A stretch of DNA of 32,000 nucleotides from Ignicoccus islandicus DSM 13165 (GTDB lineage: Archaea > Thermoproteota > Thermoprotei_A > Sulfolobales > Ignicoccaceae): contig NZ_CP006867.1 of the NCBI RefSeq assembly GCF_001481685.1, positions 1,080,001 to 1,112,000 of the forward strand, read 5' to 3'. Under the pieces are notes generated by a model. It was not told the DNA's origin. It saw only the letters and a program-made list of their open reading frames with translations, and did no database searches. A program made the position numbers and the translations under genes. Shown here in pieces: positions 1 through 8,725 of the stretch; within the stretch, counting starts at the first letter, position 1, and every line of letters begins with the position of its first letter.

Positions 1-1
1 G

Positions 2-46
2 ATTGCTACAGGATTATTCGTCTTAACTGTCCCCGCGATCTGGTAG
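2..46 (+). CDS. 3' end of an upstream CDS of unknown function (hydrophobic C-terminus ...IATGLFVLTVPAIW*)
   Basis: Open frame from the window edge to TAG at 44-46, five bases before the next start. Only 14 codons are visible. Confidence 0.45.
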   Translation: MATGLFVLTVPAIW

Positions 47-50
47 CTAG

Positions 51-554
51 GTGAAACTGAGATTGGCGAGAGACGCGAAGAAGGAAGCAATTGAATGGGG
101 TAAGGCAATAGTAGAGGCTGTAGTAATACTGACCGTTCTGAAGTTCTTATTTAACACAGAGATACCTATTGCAGCCGTCGCTTCCGGTTCCATGTTACCT
201 ACTTTAGAGAGAGGCGATCTGGTAATAGTAATAGGCTCGAAGCCTGAGAACATTAAGGTCGGAGACATTATAGTTTACCACTCTTGTCAAGGACCGTACA
301 TTATTCACAGAGTTATAAAGGTAGTAAAGGAAGGCAGTACTTACTACTTCGTTACGAAAGGAGATAACAATCCCGGAACTGACTGGTGGCTAGATCAGTT
401 CGTCGATTGCAAGAACGGGACGCCTCTCCCCGGGGTACCTCAAGGAAGGGTCGCTGGTAAGGTATTGGAGCTCTTCGGTCACCCAATAAAGATACCTTAC
501 TTGGGATACGTCGCTCTAATAGCGTTCCCGTTCCTCTGGTGGGTTCCTCGTTAA
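51..554 (+). CDS. Signal peptidase I, archaeal/ER (Sec11) type
   Basis: GTG start. N-terminal TM (AIVEAVVILTVLKFLF), catalytic Ser box SGSMLPTLERGDLVIV, IIHRVIKV with His instead of the bacterial Lys, and TKGDNNPGTD box. Confidence 0.93.
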   Translation: MKLRLARDAKKEAIEWGKAIVEAVVILTVLKFLFNTEIPIAAVASGSMLPTLERGDLVIVIGSKPENIKVGDIIVYHSCQGPYIIHRVIKVVKEGSTYYFVTKGDNNPGTDWWLDQFVDCKNGTPLPGVPQGRVAGKVLELFGHPIKIPYLGYVALIAFPFLWWVPR

Positions 555-724
555 CCTCATTCCATTTTCAGTTAGTTGCGTAACGGAATATAATTTAGGA
601 GTAAACTGAAACTAGTATACGTATAAAAATTTTTCCTTCTGAAGCCAAACTGAGTAAGACAGACCAGTCGAGAAGTTCCGATCTCTAACCCCTATTAACT
701 AGTTAGCTAACCAAAAGTGGTGGC

Positions 725-736
725 GGGGGGGGGGGG
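725..736 (+). repeat. 12-bp poly-G homopolymer in an intergenic region
   Basis: Sequence reads tggc-GGGGGGGGGGGG-acaa, upstream of the 796-1302 ORF. Confidence 0.95.
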
Positions 737-795
737 ACAAAATCGAAGCTTCCACTTAACATGGAAAATGACGTTATAGAAGAACGGGTGCAGCC

Positions 796-1302
796 TTGGT
801 GTTCTTTCGCCACGTACTTTCCCGAGGTCTCGAAGAAGAACTGGATAGGGCCGACGAAAGAATAGAAGAGTTCGTAGCCGTCCACCTACTTGACGAACTA
901 TCTAAATTAACGGACGAAGGCCCTTCCAAGTACATACTTTACAAGGTAATTAAAGACAATAGTAAGAAGCTTTTCCTTGAGAACGCTAAGGGCTATACCC
1001 TCGAGGAGACACTGAGCCAAATCTTCGGTAAGATAGGCAATACTAAGATAAGGAAAGAGGGTAATCAGATAGTAATAGAGATGGATAACTGTCCCTTAGC
1101 GAACCTACGTAATTTGAACCCTCAAAGGTGCATGGTACCAATAGCGATGTTAGCAGGATTAGTTGAGGCCGAAACGGGTAAGAAGGTAAAGGCTATCTCT
1201 CCCGCCGGCAAGTTCGGATTGGCTAGTGCAGAGGTAAACGTCGAAGTAACTAAGTGCGGTTCGCAGAACGGATCGTGCGAAATAAGGATCAGTGGAATAT
1301 AA
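796..1302 (+). CDS. Conserved-looking hypothetical protein, possibly V4R-like (small-molecule binding) fold
   Basis: 168-aa ORF, TTG at 796 or GTG at 799. C-terminal half (CPLANLRNLNPQRCMVPIAMLAGLVEAETGKKVKA...TKCGSQNGSCEIRI) resembles the V4R domain layout, but this is weak pattern recognition. Confidence 0.6.
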   Translation: MVFFRHVLSRGLEEELDRADERIEEFVAVHLLDELSKLTDEGPSKYILYKVIKDNSKKLFLENAKGYTLEETLSQIFGKIGNTKIRKEGNQIVIEMDNCPLANLRNLNPQRCMVPIAMLAGLVEAETGKKVKAISPAGKFGLASAEVNVEVTKCGSQNGSCEIRISGI

Positions 1303-1336
1303 ACAAATATATACTGATTTTTCGTTCTGCTATACG

Positions 1337-1456
1337 GTGAGTCCCTTGGAGGAGAGGCTTAAGGAGATAGAAGAATTCATCAATCCACTTAATATGAAGT
1401 TCCCTCACGAAAAGGTAATGGAACACCTAACTCATCCAGACCTCTTTGAGCTCTGA
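1337..1456 (+). CDS. Candidate microprotein, 39 aa (MSPLEERLKEIEEFINPLNMKFPHEKVMEHLTHPDLFEL)
   Basis: GTG start to TGA, not in the supplied ORF track. AT-rich TATA-like element (aaatatatac) about 25 bp upstream would fit leaderless transcription. The 3' end overlaps the opposite-strand reductase gene. Confidence 0.3.
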   Translation: MSPLEERLKEIEEFINPLNMKFPHEKVMEHLTHPDLFEL

Positions 1457-2389
1457 ACTTACGTCCCTCAGAGCCTCCCTATACCCCCTTGGTACGAAAC
1501 CTAACACGTCTTCTATTTTCGTAGTCTTTAAACACGCCTTATGTGGCCTCTTAGCCTTCTGATTAACCCTACACGAACACGTCGCTTCCAATAGGTCCTC
1601 GTCTAAACCTAGGACCCTCACTATTTCCATAGCGAACGAGTATCTGCTTGCGCACTCCCTTCCAACGGCGTGAAGTAGAATAGGTCCCTTAAGTTCCTCT
1701 ATAGCTAGAATAGAGGCGTGAGCCAAGTCCCTAGCCAGCGTTGGATTGTTCCACTGATCGACGAAGACGCCTATTCTCTTACCTTCCATTACGTTCCTTA
1801 TAACCCATCCCGGGAACTTACTTCTCTTGTCTGCGTCGTAAACTACAGCAGTTCTCAACACTATAGCTCCCTCCAAGAGGGCCCTTTGTTCGCCTACGAG
1901 CTTACTAACTGCGTATTGGGAGAGCGGTCTAGGAATTGAATCCTCTGAATAAGGCGGATTCTCTCCATCGAACACAAAGTCTGTACTTACAGTTAAGTAC
2001 TTCACGCCCCTCCTCGAACACTCCTTGGCCCAGAGACCCGGGGAAACGGCATTGGTTTTCCAACATTGTTCTTTTCCAACGTCTTCGCAATCATCGACTT
2101 TATTGAAAGCGTGCATATCTATTACGGCATCTGGCTTAACTTCGTCCAAGAGCTTCCTTATAGATTCGGGTTCGTCGACGTCCGTCCTTATCCAAACGGC
2201 TTTCGAAGAGGGAGGTGGAGGCGTGTTCCTATAGGTAGCGTATACCTCGTATCCCTTCCTCGAAGCCTCGCTTACTACTTTCGAGCCAGTTAAGCCGGCA
2301 CCCCCGAGAACGAGGATCCTCAACTCGCCTTCTCCGAACAAATCGTTGGACGCGCGGAAGGTAAAACTCAGTTGTTCTTCTTGAGCCAC
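1427..2389 (-). CDS. NAD(P)-dependent sugar epimerase/reductase, RmlD (dTDP-4-dehydrorhamnose reductase)-like SDR
   Basis: Rossmann GGAGLTGS, D-T-S-T-DFVFDG segment, active-site YAVSK. Likely true start is the TTG at 2323 (MRILVLGGAGLTGS), which removes the overlap with the upstream gene. Confidence 0.82.
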   Translation of the reverse strand: MAQEEQLSFTFRASNDLFGEGELRILVLGGAGLTGSKVVSEASRKGYEVYATYRNTPPPPSSKAVWIRTDVDEPESIRKLLDEVKPDAVIDMHAFNKVDDCEDVGKEQCWKTNAVSPGLWAKECSRRGVKYLTVSTDFVFDGENPPYSEDSIPRPLSQYAVSKLVGEQRALLEGAIVLRTAVVYDADKRSKFPGWVIRNVMEGKRIGVFVDQWNNPTLARDLAHASILAIEELKGPILLHAVGRECASRYSFAMEIVRVLGLDEDLLEATCSCRVNQKAKRPHKACLKTTKIEDVLGFVPRGYREALRDVSSELKEVWMS

Positions 2390-3027
2390 GATAAGTAGTA
2401 TTCGCCTTCGCCATTCCTCACTAATATGCCTTCTTCGACAAGCTTTTCCAAAGTTTTATGAATAGTTGCTTTAGATCTCTCTTTCTTAAGTACCTTGTGA
2501 ATGTCTGAGAACGTTGCTCCCCTACCTTCCTCATTAACCTTTTTAACTATTTCTATTATGCGAGCCCTTACGTCCTTCCTACCATAGAGCCCTAGTAAAT
2601 GCGAGCTTATCTCGTCTAGAGCGTAGACCTTACCGGAAGTGGGATCTCCCTCTATCTCCAAGTAGAGCTTAACGTTAGGGTGCACTTCCATTGGAAGCGA
2701 TAACAGAGCAGTGTATATGGCTAGGACGAGGGCCCTCATCCCGCCAGAGAGACAAGCAACGACCTCCTCAAACTCCCTTATCGAATCGTATACGGACGCT
2801 ATCGATGAAAGCAGATCGAAGGGATCCAGCTCCTTTACTTCGATATCTATATTGAAGCCTCTAAGTAGGTCCTTTAGGTTAGCCATTACTGTTTCGTTCC
2901 TCTTATCCTTGGTTATCGGAACGAGCAACACGGCCTTTTCCGGAACGGACTTCCTCCTGAAAGCTTCCAAGAGGCAATGAAGGAACGGTCTCTCGTCGAA
3001 GCCTACAGCTGCGACCATTCCTTTCAT
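2368..3027 (-). CDS. CARF-domain / winged-HTH transcriptional regulator, Csa3-like
   Basis: N-terminal CARF-like beta1 loop VAAVGFDERPFLHCLLEAF and ligand-loop motif ACLSGGMRALVLAIYTAL; C-terminal wHTH GATFSDIHKVLKKERSKATIHKTLEKLVEEGILVRNGEGEYYL. Confidence 0.75.
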   Translation of the reverse strand: MKGMVAAVGFDERPFLHCLLEAFRRKSVPEKAVLLVPITKDKRNETVMANLKDLLRGFNIDIEVKELDPFDLLSSIASVYDSIREFEEVVACLSGGMRALVLAIYTALLSLPMEVHPNVKLYLEIEGDPTSGKVYALDEISSHLLGLYGRKDVRARIIEIVKKVNEEGRGATFSDIHKVLKKERSKATIHKTLEKLVEEGILVRNGEGEYYLSWLKKNN

Positions 3028-3060
3028 GAACGCACCGGAAATCAGTTAAATACTGGGATA

Positions 3061-3837
3061 TTAATCTAATGTGCTCCTCTCGAACGTCCTTATAGCAACT
3101 ATTAACGAGATCGCCGAGAACGCGAGCAACGCTACGAAGTCTTCCAATAAACTAAATTGATACACGTTCGCAAGGGCTCCCCTCATTGCGTCCGTAGAGT
3201 ACGTTAGCGGATCTAAGTATGAAATTACCTTGAACCAATCTGGCACGTTCATCAATGGGAAGAATGCTCCGGAAGCGAATATCAAGGGCATCATCAGTAT
3301 GTTAACCAAACCTTGGAAAGCTTCCACGCTCTTGAACGCTTTTGAGGAAGCTATTGCTATACCTAAGGACGCGAAACCTATGGCCGTCAAGAAGGAAGCC
3401 AAGGCGACTACTGGCAGGCCTTGTAACTGAAGCTGAGGCGCGACCGCGAAGCCCAATAGGGCCAACACTATTCCTTGAATAAGAGCAACAACGGAATCGC
3501 CGAATATCCTTCCCGCAATGCTTTGCCAGCGAGGAGTAGGGGCCACCAAGACCTCTTTCAAGAAACCGAACTGCTTGTCCCATATAACGGCCATTCCGGA
3601 CATAAACGATGAAATGAAGATTGTCATGGAAATTACACCGGGGATCATAAACGATAGATAGTCGGTCCCTAAGATCATTTCTATCCCAGGGAAGTTTAAG
3701 GTAGACGCCCAACCTATGCCGTAAAACGCTATCCATATTATTGGCATAGCAACTGTCATTACGACGCGAACCTTGGCCCTGAGGAACCTCTTTAATTGCC
3801 TATAGAACATAGCGATGAACGCGTCCATCGCTACCAC
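3061..3837 (-). CDS. ABC-2 type transporter permease (DrrB-like)
   Basis: Six predicted hydrophobic segments, FGFLKEVLVAPTPRWQSIAGRIFGDSVVALIQG signature. Overlaps the ATPase ORF start by 7 bp. Confidence 0.9.
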   Translation of the reverse strand: MVAMDAFIAMFYRQLKRFLRAKVRVVMTVAMPIIWIAFYGIGWASTLNFPGIEMILGTDYLSFMIPGVISMTIFISSFMSGMAVIWDKQFGFLKEVLVAPTPRWQSIAGRIFGDSVVALIQGIVLALLGFAVAPQLQLQGLPVVALASFLTAIGFASLGIAIASSKAFKSVEAFQGLVNILMMPLIFASGAFFPLMNVPDWFKVISYLDPLTYSTDAMRGALANVYQFSLLEDFVALLAFSAISLIVAIRTFERSTLD

Positions 3838-4778
3838 CTCCTAAACGGTAACACGGGAGCAGACCCTAGCTCGTCCCTCAGCTCCCTTCCGGTAAGGGCT
3901 AGGAAAACGTCGTCCAAAGTAGGTTTCTTGAGATTTACTTCCAATATTTTGTATGGTTTCATGAGTTCTATTAGTTCTGGCAAGATCTTCGCCGCATTGT
4001 CTGCTTTAACTATTGCTTGATTACCCTTAGTTTCACAGTCGAACCCTTCTGGACATTTGGGAGGAAGTTCCGTTTTAACGTAAATCACCTCCTTACCGAC
4101 CATTCTCTTAAGCTCATCGGGCGTTCCTTGCGCAATTATTCGACCGTGGTCGATGATAGCTATTCTATCGCATAGCTTGTCGGCTTCGTCCATATAGTGA
4201 GTGGTTAGGAAGATAGTTATTCCATATTCCTTATTAACCCTTTCAATGTACTCCCACACCTTTGCTCTAGATTGAGGATCTAAGCCTACAGTTGGTTCGT
4301 CCAAGAAGAGTACTTTGGGTTTATGCATCAAGGCTCTGGCAATTTCAAGCCTCCTCCTCATTCCCCCAGAAAAGAACATTACTATCCTATCCTTATGTTC
4401 GTAGAGGTCAAAGAACTTGAGGGACTCAATTATCCTTTCACGTAGTTCGCTCCCCTTGAGCCCGTAAAGCCTACCGTGTATATACAAGTTTTCATACGCG
4501 CTAAGGTAATTGTCTAAAGCGGGATCTTGAAACACCACCCCTATTAACTTCCTAACCTGCTTTGCCTCTTCCGGAAGTTTGTGACCTAGTATTTTGACTT
4601 CTCCTTCGTCGGGTTTGAGTAAAGTCGTTAAGATGTGTATAGTGGTACTCTTTCCAGCTCCGTTAGGACCTAGGAAGCCGAACTTCTCACCTTCTTTAAC
4701 ATAGAAAGTTATGCCTTTAAGGGCCTCTATGAAGCCGAATCGCTTCCTCAAGTCCTTAACTTCGATTGCGTAATTCAA
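3831..4778 (-). CDS. ABC transporter ATP-binding protein (DrrA-like)
   Basis: Walker A GPNGAGKST, signature FSGGMRRRLEIARAL, Walker B VLFLDEPTVGLDP, H-switch TTHYMDEAD. Confidence 0.96.
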   Translation of the reverse strand: MNYAIEVKDLRKRFGFIEALKGITFYVKEGEKFGFLGPNGAGKSTTIHILTTLLKPDEGEVKILGHKLPEEAKQVRKLIGVVFQDPALDNYLSAYENLYIHGRLYGLKGSELRERIIESLKFFDLYEHKDRIVMFFSGGMRRRLEIARALMHKPKVLFLDEPTVGLDPQSRAKVWEYIERVNKEYGITIFLTTHYMDEADKLCDRIAIIDHGRIIAQGTPDELKRMVGKEVIYVKTELPPKCPEGFDCETKGNQAIVKADNAAKILPELIELMKPYKILEVNLKKPTLDDVFLALTGRELRDELGSAPVLPFRRW

Positions 4779-4850
4779 AACGATTTCCCATTCGGTTAGC
4801 GAAAAACACGGGTAAAAAGATCGTGCGTAAGTGAAAGCACATCAAAAAAG

Positions 4851-5726
4851 CTACTTCTCAAACCAAGCGTAAGGGAATAGAGCTACTCCTCTGCCTAGGT
4901 TCTTATCGTTTATTAGCGCAGCAACGTAGTCGCCGCTTCTCTCAATTAAGCAAGCGTTGTCTACATTAATTGAAAGGACCTCTGCGGTTCCCTTGAAGAG
5001 CCTTAGACCCACCTTTCCACCTCTAAACGCTATCAAGACCTTACTGTTGGTGCCGTTCGCTTCTATTAGTAACGCGTCAGCAGCCTTTCCGTATTCTGGG
5101 GTTAGCACTAGAGGTAGTTGGAGTAGCTTCTCTCCCGTTTCGACGTTGAAAAGCACTACGCTACCGTCCTTGAGTACCATCAAGGCTAGGTTATCGTAGC
5201 CCCTCGCCTTCACTACGTTACCATCGAAGACCTTGACTGCGTTCTCGTTAGTGTAAACGTAGAAGCCGCTGGGGCCGTAAACAGCGTCGTACTTGGAAGT
5301 GATTACTACTCCCGTTGCGTCCTTTACGGGCTTTAGTTCAGTGACCTCGACCATGGTATTATTTCCTTCATCCAGTACGTATACTCCTAGGGATAAGGTG
5401 TTGTTATACTCGCTTAGCAGTATTATAGCACCGTTATAACTTGCGCAAGCTTTGACCGCTCCCTTTAGGCTAAAGTTTAGGTCCTTCGTAACGCCTCTAT
5501 TATCTATCATCAAGAAGGAGGTATTAGGACCGTTAGCGTAAGCTATTACGGCTTCGCCTTCGTATGGGAAGGCGCATAGGGCAGCTCCAGGAAGAGGTAT
5601 CTGCGTGCTAACGCCTAGCTGGTTGTTTAACAAGAAGGCGATAGTTCCGTTTATCGCCAAGGTGTAGTTGTTCGCCATACCTAGTAGGAAGGCTACCATG
5701 CCTATCGGGAAGAAAGCTCCATACAT
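4851..5726 (-). CDS. Exported protein of unknown function, probable beta-propeller-like repeats
   Basis: N-terminal signal/anchor MYGAFFPIGMVAFLLGMANN; repeated short beta-blade-like segments. Minus-strand start codon cat/ATG at 5724-5726 checked in the sequence. Confidence 0.6.
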   Translation of the reverse strand: MYGAFFPIGMVAFLLGMANNYTLAINGTIAFLLNNQLGVSTQIPLPGAALCAFPYEGEAVIAYANGPNTSFLMIDNRGVTKDLNFSLKGAVKACASYNGAIILLSEYNNTLSLGVYVLDEGNNTMVEVTELKPVKDATGVVITSKYDAVYGPSGFYVYTNENAVKVFDGNVVKARGYDNLALMVLKDGSVVLFNVETGEKLLQLPLVLTPEYGKAADALLIEANGTNSKVLIAFRGGKVGLRLFKGTAEVLSINVDNACLIERSGDYVAALINDKNLGRGVALFPYAWFEK

Positions 5727-5857
5727 CGTTCCTCACATGGATAAGGGTTGAGACGAAATATTAAAAGATGCCAGTTAATACGAAATCGACTATACAGATC
5801 GGCTCTTCCTCGGTTAATAAGGAGTCGCGTTTCCTAAACTCCGTAATGGGTTGAAGA

Positions 5858-6265
5858 TTGATAGTCGATTACGCGAGTCTCGCTTGTCTAGTGGGTAGCG
5901 CAATAGCAGCGACCACATCGATCGTGACGTTAGTTAAGGTCAATAAAGCCGTTAAGGGACTTAAGCAAATCTACAGGAAACTCGATGAGACGGAAGAGGC
6001 GATCGAGGAAGTGCGTTCAGTAGTTTCGCGCGATAGGCTGAGCAAGAAGAGCGCGTTAAGCTTGGTAGAGGCGGCTAGGTTGCTTGCGGAAGACGCGAGG
6101 AACCTCTACGAATGGAGCGGTGAGGAGAAGTTCTTGAACGTAGCTAGGAAGTGGGAGGCCTTCGCTGAATTAAATAGGAAAGCCATCGAAAAGATCCTCG
6201 GTTACGAACGAGACGAAATGCCTGCCTCCGTTACATATAATAATGAGGAAGCAATGGTAGCTTAG
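5858..6265 (+). CDS. Small protein with an N-terminal TM and helical/coiled-coil cytoplasmic region, unknown function
   Basis: 135-aa ORF, N-terminal hydrophobic segment YASLACLVGSAIAATTSIVTLV followed by charged heptad-like region. Confidence 0.55.
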   Translation: MIVDYASLACLVGSAIAATTSIVTLVKVNKAVKGLKQIYRKLDETEEAIEEVRSVVSRDRLSKKSALSLVEAARLLAEDARNLYEWSGEEKFLNVARKWEAFAELNRKAIEKILGYERDEMPASVTYNNEEAMVA

Positions 6266-6318
6266 TTCCCATTTTTATAGTTACTCCATGCACTTGTATA
6301 CAAGGTGCATCCATTCTG

Positions 6319-7311
6319 ATGAAGAAGGCGACAATAATCTTCTCTATCTTCGTTATTCAAGCATTAGCAGTGAATTCAATGAATCCCGTTATTAGAGAGC
6401 TTTGGAGTCAAGACATTGGCTCTCAAGTGACGCAAATCAACATAGGCCAATATTACATCTTAGCCCTATCAGATTGCGCTTACGTCTTCAATTCGGTTCT
6501 AGGAACCACGGTCATGGAGGATTGCAATTACAATTCTACGGTTACGTATAACTACGGACGTTTCGCTTTAGTCGCTCCGGACGGGACCATTGAAGTGTAC
6601 GACGATTACTTATCTCTACTATATTCGTTCGTAATACCTCAGAACTTCACTTCATCAGTGCTGATACTACCAGACGATAAGATTTTAGCTTGCTATAGAG
6701 GTTGCGCGCTCTTTGACGCTTACGGTAACGTATTATGGGAAAACGATCAATTAGGGCTGGTTCTAAACAGACCGTCATTTAACGGAGAGCTCTTGTTCGT
6801 TCCAGTTAACGATAAGCAACTAGTTGAAGTCCTCACGCCAAGTGGTACCCTTTTGTACTCGATAAGCGTTCCAGAGGCGCCTTGGTCCATTGATGCTTGC
6901 GGAAGATTAATGGCAGTTAAGGGATCGAGTACTGTCTTCCTTTACAACGTTACCTCTAGTGGATACGAGCTCTGGTGGACCAATCCCTCACCAGGACCTT
7001 ACGGGGACGTTAAGTTCTCGAAAGATTGCAATTACTTGATAGCCGCGGGTTCTTACAAATTATTGATATATAACGTCAACGGCACTAAGGTCCTTGAAAT
7101 GGAGTTACCCTTCAGTATTTCGAGTATCGATTGGAGGGATGACTTGCTAGTTATCGGCGGGTTCGATGGCAGTATAAGGGCCTACAAATTAGACGTAGAG
7201 AGCTTGAGTTCAATGAGTTCCGCCGTAACTGCCGATACGAATCAAATACCTTCTTTAGGATTGGTATCCTTAGCTCTAATTAAGGCTTTAAGAAGGAAAA
7301 GTAAGGAATAA
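6319..7311 (+). CDS. Exported beta-propeller-like (WD40/PQQ-like) protein with short hydrophobic plus basic C-terminus
   Basis: Signal peptide MKKATIIFSIFVIQALAVNS; repeated propeller-like segments (e.g. ISSIDWRDDLLVIGGFDGSIRAYKL); C-terminus IPSLGLVSLALIKALRRKSKE. Clearly related to the N-terminal half of the 8726-10690 product. Confidence 0.7.
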   Translation: MKKATIIFSIFVIQALAVNSMNPVIRELWSQDIGSQVTQINIGQYYILALSDCAYVFNSVLGTTVMEDCNYNSTVTYNYGRFALVAPDGTIEVYDDYLSLLYSFVIPQNFTSSVLILPDDKILACYRGCALFDAYGNVLWENDQLGLVLNRPSFNGELLFVPVNDKQLVEVLTPSGTLLYSISVPEAPWSIDACGRLMAVKGSSTVFLYNVTSSGYELWWTNPSPGPYGDVKFSKDCNYLIAAGSYKLLIYNVNGTKVLEMELPFSISSIDWRDDLLVIGGFDGSIRAYKLDVESLSSMSSAVTADTNQIPSLGLVSLALIKALRRKSKE

Positions 7312-7344
7312 ATTGAACTCGTTGCCCCCTCTCTAGGATGGAAC

Positions 7345-8682
7345 ATGGAGGTAGTCGTAATAGGTGGCGGAGCGGCTGGAATGAGCGCGGCCTCTAGAGT
7401 TAAGAGAATTCGTAAAGATTGGACCGTTAGAGTGTTCGAGGCCTCTGGATACGTTTCTTACGCGCCTTGCGGCCTCCCCTACTTCATCGTAGGGAAAGTC
7501 AAGGAGCCTAACGACTTGACCTACTACCCAGTTGAAGTATTTAGAGAGAAGAGGGGCATCGACGTTCACGTTCACGCAAGGGTCATCGAAGTTGACCTCA
7601 AGAATAGGTCAGTTAAGGTAAAGGAAGAGGGCGAAATCAAGGAATATCATTGGGACAAACTCATCATTGCTACTGGCGCTAAACCGAAGGACTTAGGAGT
7701 GGAAGGAGAGAACCTTAGGGGAGTTATTAAGCTTCACACGGTCGAGAGCGGAATTAAGGCGAGAGAGGAACTGAAGGGAGCTAAGAAAGTGGTAGTGGTA
7801 GGAGCGGGCTTTACGGGATTGGAGACTGCCGGTGAACTAAAGGAAGCCGGTTTCGATGTCTATTTAATCGTTAGATCCCGAATATTGAGAAAAAGTTTGG
7901 ATCCGGAAATGAGCGAACTAGTTGAAGAGCACGTAAAGAAGAGCGGTATTAACGTAATCAAGGGTGTTACTGTAGAGAGAATTCTCGGTACCGACAGGGT
8001 AGAGGGCGTTGAGCTTAGCGACGGGACTAAGTTGGAAGCTCAAGCCGTGGTAGTGGCTGTCGGAATGGAACCTGCTAACCAATTAGCTAAGCAGATGGGA
8101 CTGGAGCTAGGGATCAATGGCGCGATCAGAGTAAACGAATACATGGAAACGAGCGAGCCCGACGTTTACGCTGCCGGTGACGTGGCTGAAAGCTGGATGG
8201 TCCATACGGGCAACAGGGTTTGGTGCCCGTTCGCGCCTCCAGCCAATAAGATGGGCTTGGTGGCCGGTCTATCTGCAGCGGGGAAGAAGGTTCCGTTTCC
8301 GGGTAGCTCTTGCACTGGCATAACCAAGGTAGTTGGGTTGGAAATAGGTAGGACCGGATTGAGCGAGGAGGAAGCGAAGGCCCTAGGGTTCGAGGTCACG
8401 GCCTCTATGGTTAAAGCTAGAACTCGGGCCCACTACTACCCCGGCTCCTCGTTCACTAACGTCAAGTTGGTTGCGGACGCCAAGAGCGGGATGGTCTTGG
8501 GCGTCCAAGTGGTTGGACCGGAAGGAGTAAAGGGTAGAGTCGATGCTGTTGCGTCGCTACTTACGAGAAAGGGTACTGTTAGGGACCTATTCTTCGCCGA
8601 TTTAGGATACGTGCCGCCTCTCGCCCCAGTATGGGATCCATTGGTCACGGCCGCAAGATTGCTCTACAACGAACTAAGGTGA
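7345..8682 (+). CDS. FAD-dependent pyridine nucleotide-disulfide oxidoreductase, CoA-disulfide reductase / NADH oxidase family
   Basis: GGGAAGMSAASR FAD motif; YVSYAPCGLPYFIVG with the single redox Cys of CoADR/Nox enzymes; second Rossmann VVVVGAGFTGLETAGEL; VYAAGDVAE. Confidence 0.92.
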   Translation: MEVVVIGGGAAGMSAASRVKRIRKDWTVRVFEASGYVSYAPCGLPYFIVGKVKEPNDLTYYPVEVFREKRGIDVHVHARVIEVDLKNRSVKVKEEGEIKEYHWDKLIIATGAKPKDLGVEGENLRGVIKLHTVESGIKAREELKGAKKVVVVGAGFTGLETAGELKEAGFDVYLIVRSRILRKSLDPEMSELVEEHVKKSGINVIKGVTVERILGTDRVEGVELSDGTKLEAQAVVVAVGMEPANQLAKQMGLELGINGAIRVNEYMETSEPDVYAAGDVAESWMVHTGNRVWCPFAPPANKMGLVAGLSAAGKKVPFPGSSCTGITKVVGLEIGRTGLSEEEAKALGFEVTASMVKARTRAHYYPGSSFTNVKLVADAKSGMVLGVQVVGPEGVKGRVDAVASLLTRKGTVRDLFFADLGYVPPLAPVWDPLVTAARLLYNELR

Positions 8683-8725
8683 TTTTTGTAAGAACAATTT
8701 AGAAAGACCATTTTCACTCCACCTC

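Noticed and set aside
703-885. 60-aa minus-strand ORF containing a PPPPPP run
   Set aside because: The proline run is simply the poly-G tract read on the other strand; no other support for coding.
3302-3736. 144-aa minus-strand ORF and other antisense ORFs within the ABC permease
   Set aside because: Lies in an alternative frame of a well-supported permease gene, with no recognisable domain.
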